A program made the position numbers and the translations under genes. 64,000 nucleotides of DNA from Octopus sinensis (lineage: Eukaryota). Location: positions 92,566,001 through 92,630,000 of the forward strand of contig NC_043001.1 in assembly GCF_006345805.1 (NCBI RefSeq), in the 5' to 3' direction. A model generated the notes under the pieces. It saw only the letters and a program-made list of their open reading frames with translations, made no database searches and was not told where the DNA came from. Of this stretch, positions 52,550-64,000 are shown piece after piece (within the stretch, counting starts at the first letter, position 1; every line of letters begins with the position of its first letter).

Positions 52550-52592
<43 letters not shown>

Positions 52593-52720
52593 ATATATAT
52601 ATAATCACACACAAAAATATATAAACATTTACATGTAAACATATACATATGAACAAAATATATCAATATGCATATATGAAAACATACATACATATTTATA
52701 CACATACATATATAGAAAAT
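52060..52720. repeat. Compound TA/TG/CA microsatellite field (similar fields at 20739-20866, 26140-26330, 32260-32710, 43788-43960, 46058-46310, 48100-48560, 63230-63730)
   Basis: Read directly; source of the many YIYI/THTH/VCVC pseudo-ORFs. Confidence 0.95.
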
Positions 52721-53959
52721 GCATCTGATGACAAAACAAAAATAATAAAACAAATATAACCATGAGTTAAATAATGAACAAGAAATCACACAAATACAAA
52801 CATACATGAATTTGGGGAAAATTAAATTTATCAATTTACAAAGCTGTTGCTTCTTTTTTCAGTAAAGAAGCAGATGGGAAAGTATTGGAAAAAATGAAGC
52901 AAAGGAAATAACTAAAATGATGAAACAAAATGGCATGGCAGGCACAACTAAAAATAAATAGGGATAAATACAAAATTATTTATAAATGATGGAAAAAAAG
53001 CTGGAGTTAAACAAAAGTATCCACAAAATTCACAATGTTTTTAATGCTTTAGTTTAATGTGCTGGACTGGTTCTGAGTTCAAATCTTACCAATACAACTA
53101 TAGCGATGTTCTCCTGGGCAAGGCACACAATTTTGCTTTGTGGACAGATGAACAAATAAGATTCAATTCTACTTCTGTTTGATTGGGGAGTAAAAAAGTC
53201 TTTCAGCTGTAAAAATAATTGTTCCACCAATATGCAAATCCCCATATTTGCAAGAAAAGAAAATACTATATCCATACTAGAAATAGTGGTAGATAGTCTG
53301 GTAAAAAGTTTGACATTTTTCTTCTCATTTTGATGTTTTACATCCAACTTTACTTTTTCACTTCTAGTATGACTAAGAGAAGTTTTGCAAATTCAGATAT
53401 TTACATACTGCTGAAACATTTTTGTACATCTGAATACATTTCTTACATTTAACCATGAAACAGATTTATAACCAGGTAAACTGAGACAGAATAATATGAC
53501 TTCATTAGAAAGGACAACACAATGGTTGTAGCAAAGTTTTAATTTGTGACCAAATGGTGAATAGTCTAGCATTTTAAACTTGTAACTAAACATGAAAAAT
53601 GAAATCAAATAAAATATTTTCCATAATAGTGGCAGAAAAAAAATGAAAATTCATAAATATGGAAAAGGTGTAGTTAATGAAATGATAGTAAATACAACTC
53701 AAAATCACTGAAGAGTTAAAATTTATAAGTGATTATTATCATTATTATTATTATTATCATTATCATTATTATTATTATCATTATTATTATTATTATTATT
53801 GAAATGGTGAGACATTTAAACATTAGACTGTATGAAATTCACTACTTCATTAATATGAGATTAAATTCTATTAGAATCACCTTTATTTTCATGTCTTCAA
53901 CGTCAATGCAATAAATACTAGTGAGATATTAAAGATGATTCACCCTACTGCACTGATAT

Positions 53960-55157
53960 TCTAAAAGAGTGAATTTGAGCACCAGTGTTTAGTTTTATTG
54001 CTCTATATTCTAAATTTAAACCTTCCCAGAAATAATTTTACTTTATGTTTTGTCTGATTCATATGGTCAATAACAGAGACATGTTACAACAAATTCAACT
54101 GATTGTACACTTTTCTTTTTGAACCTACTATAAAAAAACCATTATTTTTATGAAGATGAAGATGGTACACAGCAAAAATGATCAAGCATTAGACAAAAGG
54201 CCTAGTGCATATCTGGTTATGTCCCTTTATGTTCTGAGTTGGAATCTTGCCAAGATCAACTTGGCCATATATATTTTTGGAACTGATAAAATAACTACCA
54301 GCCAATACTATACCATAATTTGATTAGACTCTCTTCTCAAAAATATGTAGCTTGTACCTAAATCAGAAGAAAGCATTACTCCTCCTCCTACTACTACTAC
54401 AACCACTACCACCACCACCACTACTCAGGGTGGTTGATTGGCAGAATAATTAGGGTACTGGACAAAATGATTTATGGTATTTCTTCCAGCTCTTTATATA
54501 CTGAGTTCAAATACCAAGGCAAGTATTGCCACTCATCCATTCAGGGTCAATAAAATGATGTACCACTCAACTACTGGGAGGTAATTAACTGACCACTGAG
54601 GTCGACTTTGCCTTTCATCCTTTCGAGGTCGATAAATTAAGTATCAGTTACGCACTGGGGTCGATGTAATCGACTTAATACCTATGTTTGTCCTTGTTTG
54701 TCCCCTGTGTTTAGCCCCTTGTGGGTAATAAAGAAATAGGTAATTAACTGACAACTTCCCCAAAATCACCAGCCATTTAAGGGTGGCAAGCTGGCAGAAC
54801 TGTTGGCATGCTGGACAAAATGCTTAGTAGCAATATGTCTTTTCATTCAGGGCTCAAATTCTACTGACATCAACTTTAGCCTTCATCCTTTTGGGATCAA
54901 TAAAATAAGTAACAGTTAAGTACTGGAATCAATGTAACTGACTTCTCCCTCCCCTCAAAAACTGCTGGCCCTCTACCAAAATTTGAAAACCATTATTGTT
55001 ATCATTTATTTTGTTTATATCAAACAATACAATGGCTAAGTAAGTTATTAACAGTACTAAGGACATTTGAGTTGTGAGTTCACATCATAGCTGCAAACAA
55101 TACATGTAATCTAGGGAATGGCATGTCAAACCTTATCCTTATTTTATAAACTTTTAT

Positions 55158-55205
<48 letters not shown>

Positions 55206-55410
55206 AACTACTACTACTACTACTACTTCTACTACAGTTGCTGTTAGAAAGTGGTTGAGAACAAATCAAAATGCCATAAAGTATTTTAGTAGGCAAAACT
55301 TTGGGCTTATATCCTACAAGGGTTGACTTTGTAATTAATATTTCCTGTAGTCAAGTACTGGGTTTGATTATAATTTCCCACATTTGTGTTCTGTGCCTAT
55401 GTTGATAATA
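53960..55410 (+). mobile_element. Cluster of 5-6 co-oriented family-B SINE copies of varying age, including one nested copy
   Basis: Repeated gagttcaaat / gtcaacttt / tcatcc / ggtcaataaaataagta motifs at about 54230, 54500, 54600, 54850 and 55320. Confidence 0.8.
55157..55235. repeat. (TAC)n microsatellite; (AAT)n tracts also at 3085-3140, 16600-16680 and 53731-53800
   Basis: Read directly. Confidence 0.95.
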
Positions 55411-55433
55411 ATAAAACCATTATTATTACCATC

Positions 55434-57134
55434 GAGTGAGAGAGCAGCACACACCATCAAAGGGATGCTGGGGTACAAATATACAAAGTCCAATATATCC
55501 ATCATGACTACCTATCTGATAAGGACACACAGGACACATGCATCTCAAACATAAGTGTGACATGATGACTTTGTATCAAGATAAACAGTGCATGACCTTG
55601 CAGGTGGAGTCCACTTACAACTTTCTTCAGGTTGAATAGCCCATTCTTCTCAAAAGGTCCTTGAATAAGGGTTAAGGATGATGAACAAAACACCCGTGTT
55701 TCCAAGGATGAATTATTTAAACCCTAAAGAATCTGTCTCAACACATGGCTATGATGTTCCCTCACTACTCCTACTCATGATCAGAGATGCATATATCATC
55801 AACCATTAAATGACATGCTCAACTGGTTATAGTCAAGTAACTTGTAAGCAAACCTGCAATACTGAGCAGAATATTTGCTGTAACCCATCTTTTATATCAA
55901 GACAAAACATGTACATGTTAACACTACCAAACAGTTAAGATAAGAAGCCATGAAAGCCACTGCTTAGTATTGCATGCTATTATTATTATTATTATTATTA
56001 TTATTGAGTGAGAGAGCAGTTTATGCCATCAAAGTGACACTGGGGTAAAATATACGAAGCCCAATATACCCATCATGACTACCCGTCTGATAAGGGTACA
56101 CCAGGCACATGCATCACAACCATATGTGCGCGACATGGTGATCTCATATCAAGATAAACAGCACATGACCTTGCAGGTGGGGCCCTGTTAGAATTTACTT
56201 CAGGTTGAGTAGCCCATCCCGCTCAAAAGGTCCCTGAATAAGGGTTGTTTAAGGATGTTGAAAGAACCACCCATGTTTCCAGAGATGAATTATTCAAACC
56301 CCAAAGAATCCCTCTCAACACATGGCTATGATGCTCCCCCACTACTTCTGCTCGTGATCAGAGATGCACATATCGTCAGCCACTAAGGGACATGCTCAAC
56401 TGGTTATGGTCAAACAACTGACAAGGAAATCTGTGGTATTGAGCAGAATATTTGCTGTAGCCCATCTTTTATACCAAGACAAAACAATGTACATGATAAC
56501 ACTTCCAATCAGTTAAGATCAGAAGCCATGAGAGCCACTGCCTGGTACTGCTTGTTATTATTATTATATTATTATTATTATTATTATTGAGTGAGAGAGC
56601 AGTTTATGCCATCAAAGTGACACTGGGGTAAAATATACGAAGCCCAATATACCCATCATGACTACCCGTCTGATAAGGGTACACCAGGCACATGCATCAC
56701 AACCATATGTGCGCGACATGGTGATCTCATATCAAGATAAACAGCACATGACCTTGCAGGTGGGGCCCTGTTAGAATTTACTTCAGGTTGAGTAGCCCAT
56801 CCCGCTCAAAAGGTCCCTGAATAAGGGTTGTTTAAGGATGTTGAAAGAACCACCCATGTTTCCAGAGATGAATTATTCAAACCCCAAAGAATCCCTCTCA
56901 ACACATGGCTATGATGCTCCCCCACTACTTCTGCTCGTGATCAGAGATGCACATATCGTCAGCCACTAAGGGACATGCTCAACTGGTTATGGTCAAACAA
57001 CTGACAAGGAAATCTGTGGTATTGAGCAGAATATTTGCTGTAGCCCATCTTTTATACCAAGACAAAACAATGTACATGATAACACTTCCAATCAGTTAAG
57101 ATCAGAAGCCATGAGAGCCACTGCCTGGTACTGC
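55434..57134. repeat. Three head-to-tail copies of an about 545-bp element separated by (TTA)n: 55434-55975 (diverged), 56006-56551 and 56589-57134 (apparently identical, period 583)
   Basis: Each copy begins gagtgagagagcag and ends agccactgc(c/t)t(g/a)gta(c/t)tgc. Confidence 0.95.
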
Positions 57135-57158
57135 TTGTTATTATTATTATTATTATTA

Positions 57159-57369
57159 AGGTGGCAAGCTGACAGAATTGTTAGCATGCCGGGTGAAAAT
57201 ACTCATGGTATTTTGTCTGTCATTATGTTCTGAGTTCAAATTCCACTGAGATCAACTTTGCCTTTCATCCTTTCAGGGTCAATAAAATAAGTGTCAGTTG
57301 AGTACTGGGTCAATGTAATAGACTATTCCTTCCCCCAAAATTTCAGGCCTTGTGCCTATAGTAGAAAGA

Positions 57370-57413
<44 letters not shown>

Positions 57414-57540
57414 GCTGAGTTCAAATCCCACGATATTGGGGTCAATAAAATAAGTGTCAGTCAAGTATTGTAGTTGATGTAATTGACTTCCCCATCCTCT
57501 TAATAACTGCTGGCCCTGTGCCAAAATTTGAAATCAATAT
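57159..57540 (+). mobile_element. SINE family B full copy (57159-57412) plus a partial copy
   Basis: GGTGGCAAGCTGACAGAATTGTTAGC...GAGTTCAAATTCC...(TTA)n tail. Confidence 0.88.
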
Positions 57541-58809
57541 TATCATTATTGCTATTATTAAACTAATTGAGAGTGATATTTTGGTAGGAAGAATAAAGTG
57601 CTGAATTAAATATCTTACTGCAGTTTTACTGCATTTTATTCAAGATTTATATCTCAAAAGAATCTTTGACTTTAGTTATCCTACCTCTGGAAATCAATAA
57701 GTATTAATAATATACTAATATCCATTCAAGCAACTATACTCACATCTCTAAGAAAGGATCATCTTGTGACTAAAGTAATTATCATTTTATATACCATATC
57801 TATTATTAATATTATTATTATTATGATTATCATCACCATCATCATCATCATCAAAATTCTCATTATTTTATCATCATCATCATCAGCATCATTCAAATAA
57901 TTTTATTTAATTTTACACACAGATATTTGAAATAATATTCTTATTTTGAATAATCTGAGGAAAGTTGAATGTTTCTTTTCTGCCCCCAAACAAAAGATTC
58001 AAAATTCTGTTCACAGCAGTGAGTTCTGTATTATCCCTCCCATGTGTGTGTATGTGTGTATGTGCGGGAGAGAGAGAATGTGTGTTTGTGTGTATATGTG
58101 TGTGTGAGAGAGAGAGAGAGAGAATGTGAGTTTCTATGTGTGTGTGTATGTACACATAGACACTCTCAAATTATGAATTACTATACATTTCAACACATAA
58201 TGTGATGTTAAAACCAAAGAATGACAAAAATGATAGAGTCACAGCTTGCAGCATTAATTAGATGTCAATCAACCACCCAAATAATTAACAGTTCATATTC
58301 TGTTACTCGTTCTTAATAATCCAGTCCATTTAGCTGAAAATATTAAATTGAAATGCATGTAACTGATGTGAGAAGCAGGAGCAGTTTGTAACTGATGGTT
58401 TTATTAACTTGCTGTGAGAGGAATGGATTCTACAAGAATGCTTTTTCTTCAATACTCTAAATGAAGACATGTTTCTTAATGATACAATTAAGTATGGATA
58501 TCACTGAAAATGTCATACAAGCATGAACTATGTTGGAATGAGGACATGGCAAACAATTGATGATTTGCTTTGTTGTGTTGTGAATATGTTGAAGTCACAA
58601 AATGACTCGTAACTGCAACATGAGGCCACACATTTTGGGCTAGAGGTGAAGTTAATGTAACCAGCACTCATGATGACTGGTGCTTATTTTAACACCCCAA
58701 AAGGATAAAAAGCAAAGTTGAGTTTGGCAAGATTTTAAATCAAAGCATAGAAAGTCATAACACTAAAGGGAATCTTACCATGTACTCTTTCACTCTGCCA
58801 TTCATCATA

Positions 58810-59230
58810 CTCAGGCTCCAAATAGTAGCAAACTCTTTACACAACTCAAGAGAAGCTCACATTGAAATACTTTTCCTGCATCAGGGATGCTGCTGCTGCA
58901 GCAAACACAGATATGCTAGACCGTATCCAGAAAAAAGCCATCTAGATCATCTGTTTCTTTTCTCACTATGCCTTTTCTACTACTACTATAGTGGACTTTA
59001 AATTTTGGAGCAGGTGGTTCTCATGCTACTGCCATTAAGATGAGCTCGTTTTGTTCCCAATACTGTGTCTACTCTAGGCTCTCATACTATAACCTTAAAT
59101 TCATTCATTTCAGAATATCAACTTTCTGGAATCCAGCACCTGCCCATATTTTTCCTCACAGTATGTGACTTGGTATTGTTCACAAACATCAACTTCACCA
59201 GTTTCAGAGGCCTGCAAAAGCCATAGATAC
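58810..59230 (+). mobile_element. Decayed CR1/Jockey-like LINE 3' fragment
   Basis: DMLDRIQKKAI and SLCLFYYYYSGL resemble the LDRVQRRA and SLSLFYRYY.G motifs. Confidence 0.6.
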
Positions 59231-61384
59231 AACCTCTTCATCTAGACTCATCCGCTAAAGAATAAAAAAACCTTTTCAATTTAATGGTAACAACTTTAAA
59301 GAGTAAATGAACTGAAATAGTAACAATCCAGATCGATTCTAATTTTGAAATTACCTCTTTATCATTTCATTATTAATTAGGATATTAGCAAGGATATTAA
59401 ATAATAATCATTGAAGTTAAGTTTCTCACTAATTATAGATCAAGCTTATTTGTGTTTTTGTATGTGCATTTATGTGCATATATGAGTGTGTTAGCTTTCT
59501 TTTGATAACTGTGAAAATATGTGCTCATATATGTAATACTAGATGTGAAGTGTTGATAAAGTTTTGATAGGATACAATCACTCAAAAGTCACCAGAGAAT
59601 AATCTCTGAAACAAATATACATAAATATGCATATACATACACATACATGCATATACATATACACACACTGGGACACCTATAACAGAACAACACTTCCTTG
59701 TAAAATACAGTAATAGGACAATGAAAAAAGTTTTTTCTTAAATTAAATCAAAAATAAATTATTATAAATTCATTTTACAGCTAGATATGAGACCAGTGGC
59801 TATACCAAAACTGACAAGGTGGAATAACTGAGTTTCTTGAGTAGAATTTAAGTAAGAGAAATAAAAATTACATTGTGAAAGTAAAGAAATCCCTTGAAGA
59901 CAGACTACTTATGTCTTAAAATTATGCTACTCTCAAGTGTTTCTATGAGGTTTTATTTACTCATGGAGGGAGTGGGGCATTCAGATATACCGACTTTATT
60001 TGTAAAAAGTAAATCTTCCCATAATATATATTTAGTATCTTTCAGTAGAGTAACTGCTACCTAATTATATATGTTATGTAATAATATATGTTAAATAATA
60101 GAAATCATGTGGACTAAATCCACTTGCTGAGAATCATACAGGCCATTACAAATTCTTCAGCATCATATACAGATAGAAGCAATATTAATTTTGAGTTGGT
60201 TAGGCAGTATATTGGTGAAGTATTGAGCGAGAAAATTAAGTCTTGTATATATATATTACATGAACAAAATAAGCTTGAGAAGATAATAACCTAAAAGGTT
60301 AATAACTAAAAGGCTAACATGTTTGTATGAATTAAAGAGCACTGCACTATAAGTAAATATATACTACTTTGCAGTAAAATTTACTGGTGTAGGCACTAAT
60401 GAAACTGTAACTTAAAGGGCATTTATTAACTGATAATAATGAGCACAAAAATATTTTCATGAGCCTGAAGGAAGATGTAATAGAAAGCCCCTCCAATGTA
60501 GCACAAAATCAAGTGGATCATTGGAAATTAAAATTACAAAGATTTTTCTTAAAACTAGGAAGGAATTTAACTTGAGTTTAATGCAGTATGTTACTTCTAA
60601 AAAAGAGGAGAACATCATAAGTTCATAGAGTAAAATTTTATTGCCTTGACTGGAAAGTTCAATATCTCACAGTGAAGAACTGAATTGAAAACAAAATAAC
60701 TGAGTAATAGGAGTATAAACCTTCTAAATTTCACCCTATCTCTCTCTCTCACTCTCACACACACACACTCTCTCTCTCCACACACACACACACATCTAAT
60801 TACTCCAAGCTAAAATATATATTTGAAAGAATTAAATGTAGTTATTCCAGTTTATAAGAAATCATAAAATGTCTCATAGGAATTAGTTAATGAGTTATTC
60901 TATCGTTTTTAAGTTGATTTAGGAATGTATTTCAAAAGGATTGAAGAAATAGTCAAATAACAGATCATAAAATAAATATAAACTTTTAAGCTATTTTTCT
61001 CAGAGAATCTTGTTAACAGTAACTAACATTGGTATCAACATGCATCCATATCTTAAGCTTCTCCCAGTTTCCACTTTATAAAATTCCTACAATAAACCAG
61101 AATACTCAAAATTACTATCAACAAAAGGGTACTAGGCTATCTCAGATGCAACTGCCACTAAAACCTGTTTATATGTAAAAACAGGCCAAATAGCAAATTA
61201 AATGTAATATACACAGATTGCCTTATTTAGAATTTTAGATAACTAAAAACTGGTTTATGAAATTCTACATTCTACCATGTAGTATTTGGATATCTTTTAA
61301 TCATAAGTATAGATAATATAATTGTGTAATTTATTTTGGGAAAATTTCAGAATTACATATATATATATATATATATATATATAC

Positions 61385-61570
61385 ATGCCATGATAGATTG
61401 CTAGCCACTACACATTCTTTATTTTCTCTCCTTCTTTCTTTCTGTGGAAGAGCGTAGGGTCAAAATGTTAAAGACTTTATTTATTTCCTGAGCATTATAC
61501 TAATATATCTGTTTGTTTTCTACAACACCCATCTTTGTCTTTTAATTTTTTTTGTGAATTCTTCCCCTAT
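61385..61570 (+). mobile_element. Probable Penelope-like terminal-repeat remnant between (TA)n tracts
   Basis: About 185-bp insert in (TA)n containing gtGGAAGAgcgtagggtcAAAATGTTA, resembling a decayed CTGAAGA-stem-GAAACGT minimal hammerhead. Confidence 0.35.
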
Positions 61571-63453
61571 ATATATACATATATATATATATAAAAGTAA
61601 CACAATGTCTTCTGAACATAAACTTTGTAACTTTGTATCACCCCAATTAGTAGTAAGATAATCAAATGCTAAATCTGCAGGTAGCTTTGCTCATTTCTAC
61701 ATGCCTTATTTTGTTATATCTTTTCTTTCATTTCTAGCACCATGCTAAAAAAAAATGTAACAAAAACTTGGATAATGGATAGGTAAAACAATATTCTTTA
61801 ATGAAGGGAGATAAAAAATTAAAGAAAAGTAAAATAAAAATAAAAATGGATGGATGAAAAATATGAGCAAAAATATGAGCCAAAACATTATTTAAAATTA
61901 AAATGTTGACATCAAATGCATTTTTTTTTTTTTTGCATGTGAAGATACCAAACATGTATCAAAAACATAGAAGGTGATTCGATGTTAATCAAAACCTCCA
62001 TTATATGCATTAATATTACTTTTAACAATGCTTAAATAACAACAACAACAGTAACACCAACAACAATAACAACATCAGCAACATGAACAATAAGAACAGT
62101 AAAGAAAAGAAGAAAGAAAGGAAGATTACAAACATTTAATAGACAAACAGTTCATTATTTTAATTGCTTTATTCATAGCTTAGTTTTTTTTTTGCTTATA
62201 TATTTTATCATTTAAAAAAATTTTTATCAATTAATTTTTTTTTTTTCTAGTTTTCTTTTAAAATCATTGCAACATTCTAGCAATCCTTTTCACAACCCTA
62301 GTGATACATAGATCACCAAAGATTGCTGCACTGCATGTATTGCATTAAAGTATGAAGTGCAGTATGCTGTTATTTTCTATTACTTTTACTGTTTTGGATC
62401 CATTAGTTCCTAATCAATTTTGGTATTTCAAAATCTAGGCATTTATATAGTGCTGGAGTAAATTACTTTTTCATTTCTAAGCCTGTTCTATTACTAAGCA
62501 CTCAACCTTAAATGAAAATGCATAAAAGCTGTCATTCACATGGCTGAAAAAAGAAGTATGGCCCTTCTAAAGGGACCTCTAGGTTTGAATGTGTGACTAA
62601 TTGACCAGCTTAGTTTCGTAATCACACACTTGTAATAACTCTGATTAGCAGTTGTAATTTCAAGAGTTTTGAGGAAAAAATTGCAGTAAAATAAAAGGAG
62701 AAAATGTGTTGAAACATAGATAAAAAGAACATTATGAAATAGGAAGAATGTACCTTAGAATTGCTAATGTTTTACAGCTTAGTACACAGATGGATTTGTG
62801 TCAGTCATAATTACTTCAATAAAGTTCACAAAAAGGAACGTGTGCCCCATGAGGAAAGAATTTTAATGCTCCACATAGGAAAATTTGATATTAGCTAGTC
62901 AACATGTTGCTACACTGAATTACAGGAAGTGATAGAGTAGAGTAAGAATGGATTTTATTTATTAAAGTCTAAACTGTATCTGTACTTTGCTCAACTGGTC
63001 ATGTTTAGTGGATTTAATTCATAATCTGAAATTATATTTTCTCCAAGTCATATTATGAAAACATTACTCTGATCCTACCCTAAGTTTCTCCATCAAACAA
63101 TGCACGTGTATGAGCACATTCATTTAATTTTCCATGCTGCCATGAGTTAAGAGGGTGAGTAGCCTAAGGCACAATTTTACAGTTGAAAGCTCTGCCTGGC
63201 ACCAAAGCATACCTGCTTTTAAAGTAATTGATTATATATATAATGTACACACACAGACACACACATGTATATACATATATATATAAACAATCATATGCAC
63301 ACATGTATGTATGTATGTATGTATGTATGTATGTATGTATGTATGCATGTATGTATGTATGCATGCATGCATGTATGTATGTATGTATGTATGTATGTAT
63401 GTATGTATGTATGTATGTATGTATGTATATACACACACACATACAATATTTCA

Positions 63454-63586
63454 AGGCACAGGATGGCTGTGTGCTTCAGAAGCTTGCTTCCTAACAATGC
63501 AGCACCTTGGATGAGTGTCTTCTACTATAGCACAAGGGTAACCAAAGCTTGGTGAGTAAATTTGGGAAATGGAAACTGATAGAAGC

Positions 63587-63588
<2 letters not shown>
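63454..63588 (+). mobile_element. SINE family A, degenerate 5' half
   Basis: gtgtcttctactatagc...accaaagcttggtgagt...ggaaactgatagaagccc. Confidence 0.75.
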
Positions 63589-63629
<41 letters not shown>

Positions 63630-64000
63630 TTATATTTATATGATGTGTGTATTATATACAAGTATATATATATAACAAAGATATTTGTATAAGTATATAT
63701 GTAATATATATGCATATATGAATATGTATATGGCCAAATCAATTCTGTACAAGACTATTTGAGAATATAATGCTTTCAAACCTGTCACTGGTGTTGCATG
63801 CATCAATAAAGTACATAACTCTTGGTAACTAAATTCCCCAAGATCTAAATATAGTTACTCCTATTGGTAAAAACATCACTGTAAGCAAAGGTTCTTAACG
63901 AGAGTGGTACCGTCTACAAGGGTGGCACTTATTTATTTACTGGCATTTATTTATTTTTGACTGTTGATGAATAATGGGCAAAACTGGATAATCATAGTAA

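Noticed and set aside
52003-52834. Long YIYI/THTH/VCVC ORFs (also at 7.2, 20.7, 26.1, 32.4, 48.4 and 63.2 kb)
   Set aside because: They are translations of dinucleotide/tetranucleotide microsatellites, open in several frames at once.
53457-53490. 34-nt AG..GT segment LPGYKSVSWLN upstream of the linker exon
   Set aside because: Phase 2-0, incompatible with the phase-1 acceptor at 51955.
56270-56385. CTGACGA and GAAAC on the minus strand of the 545-bp repeat as a hammerhead
   Set aside because: No convincing stem II/III or NUH in the right register.

Overview
This is AT-rich, microsatellite-dense eukaryotic DNA. Its SINE/LINE repertoire looks like that of an octopod cephalopod, a call made by recognition rather than by database search. 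Most of the window appears to be intron of one large minus-strand cell-surface receptor gene. Two exons are well supported: an 81-nt linker exon (51875-51955) and a 285-nt fibronectin type-III exon (49801-50085), both phase 1-1 and resembling Turtle/IgSF9-type proteins. They are followed over about 41 kb by several small, frame-preserving phase 1-1 candidate exons (3/24, 60, 87, 21 and 45 nt) that could form a combinatorially spliced stalk. The introns hold decayed non-LTR retroelements: L1/Tx1, R4/Dong-like, several RTEs (one family with a PHD-like finger inside the RT), CR1/Jockey-like, and two Penelope-like elements. They also hold three tRNA-derived SINE families, three piggyBac-type MITEs and a 583-bp tandem duplication. 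The most unusual structures are foldback elements whose arms carry minimal hammerhead-ribozyme cores (CTGATGA...GAAACAGCTGTA), arranged so that a read-through transcript from either strand makes the antisense copy first. They mirror the inverted-repeat architecture of the Penelope element at 22.1-24.5 kb. Nearly all short ORFs in the supplied track are low-complexity or chance ORFs.
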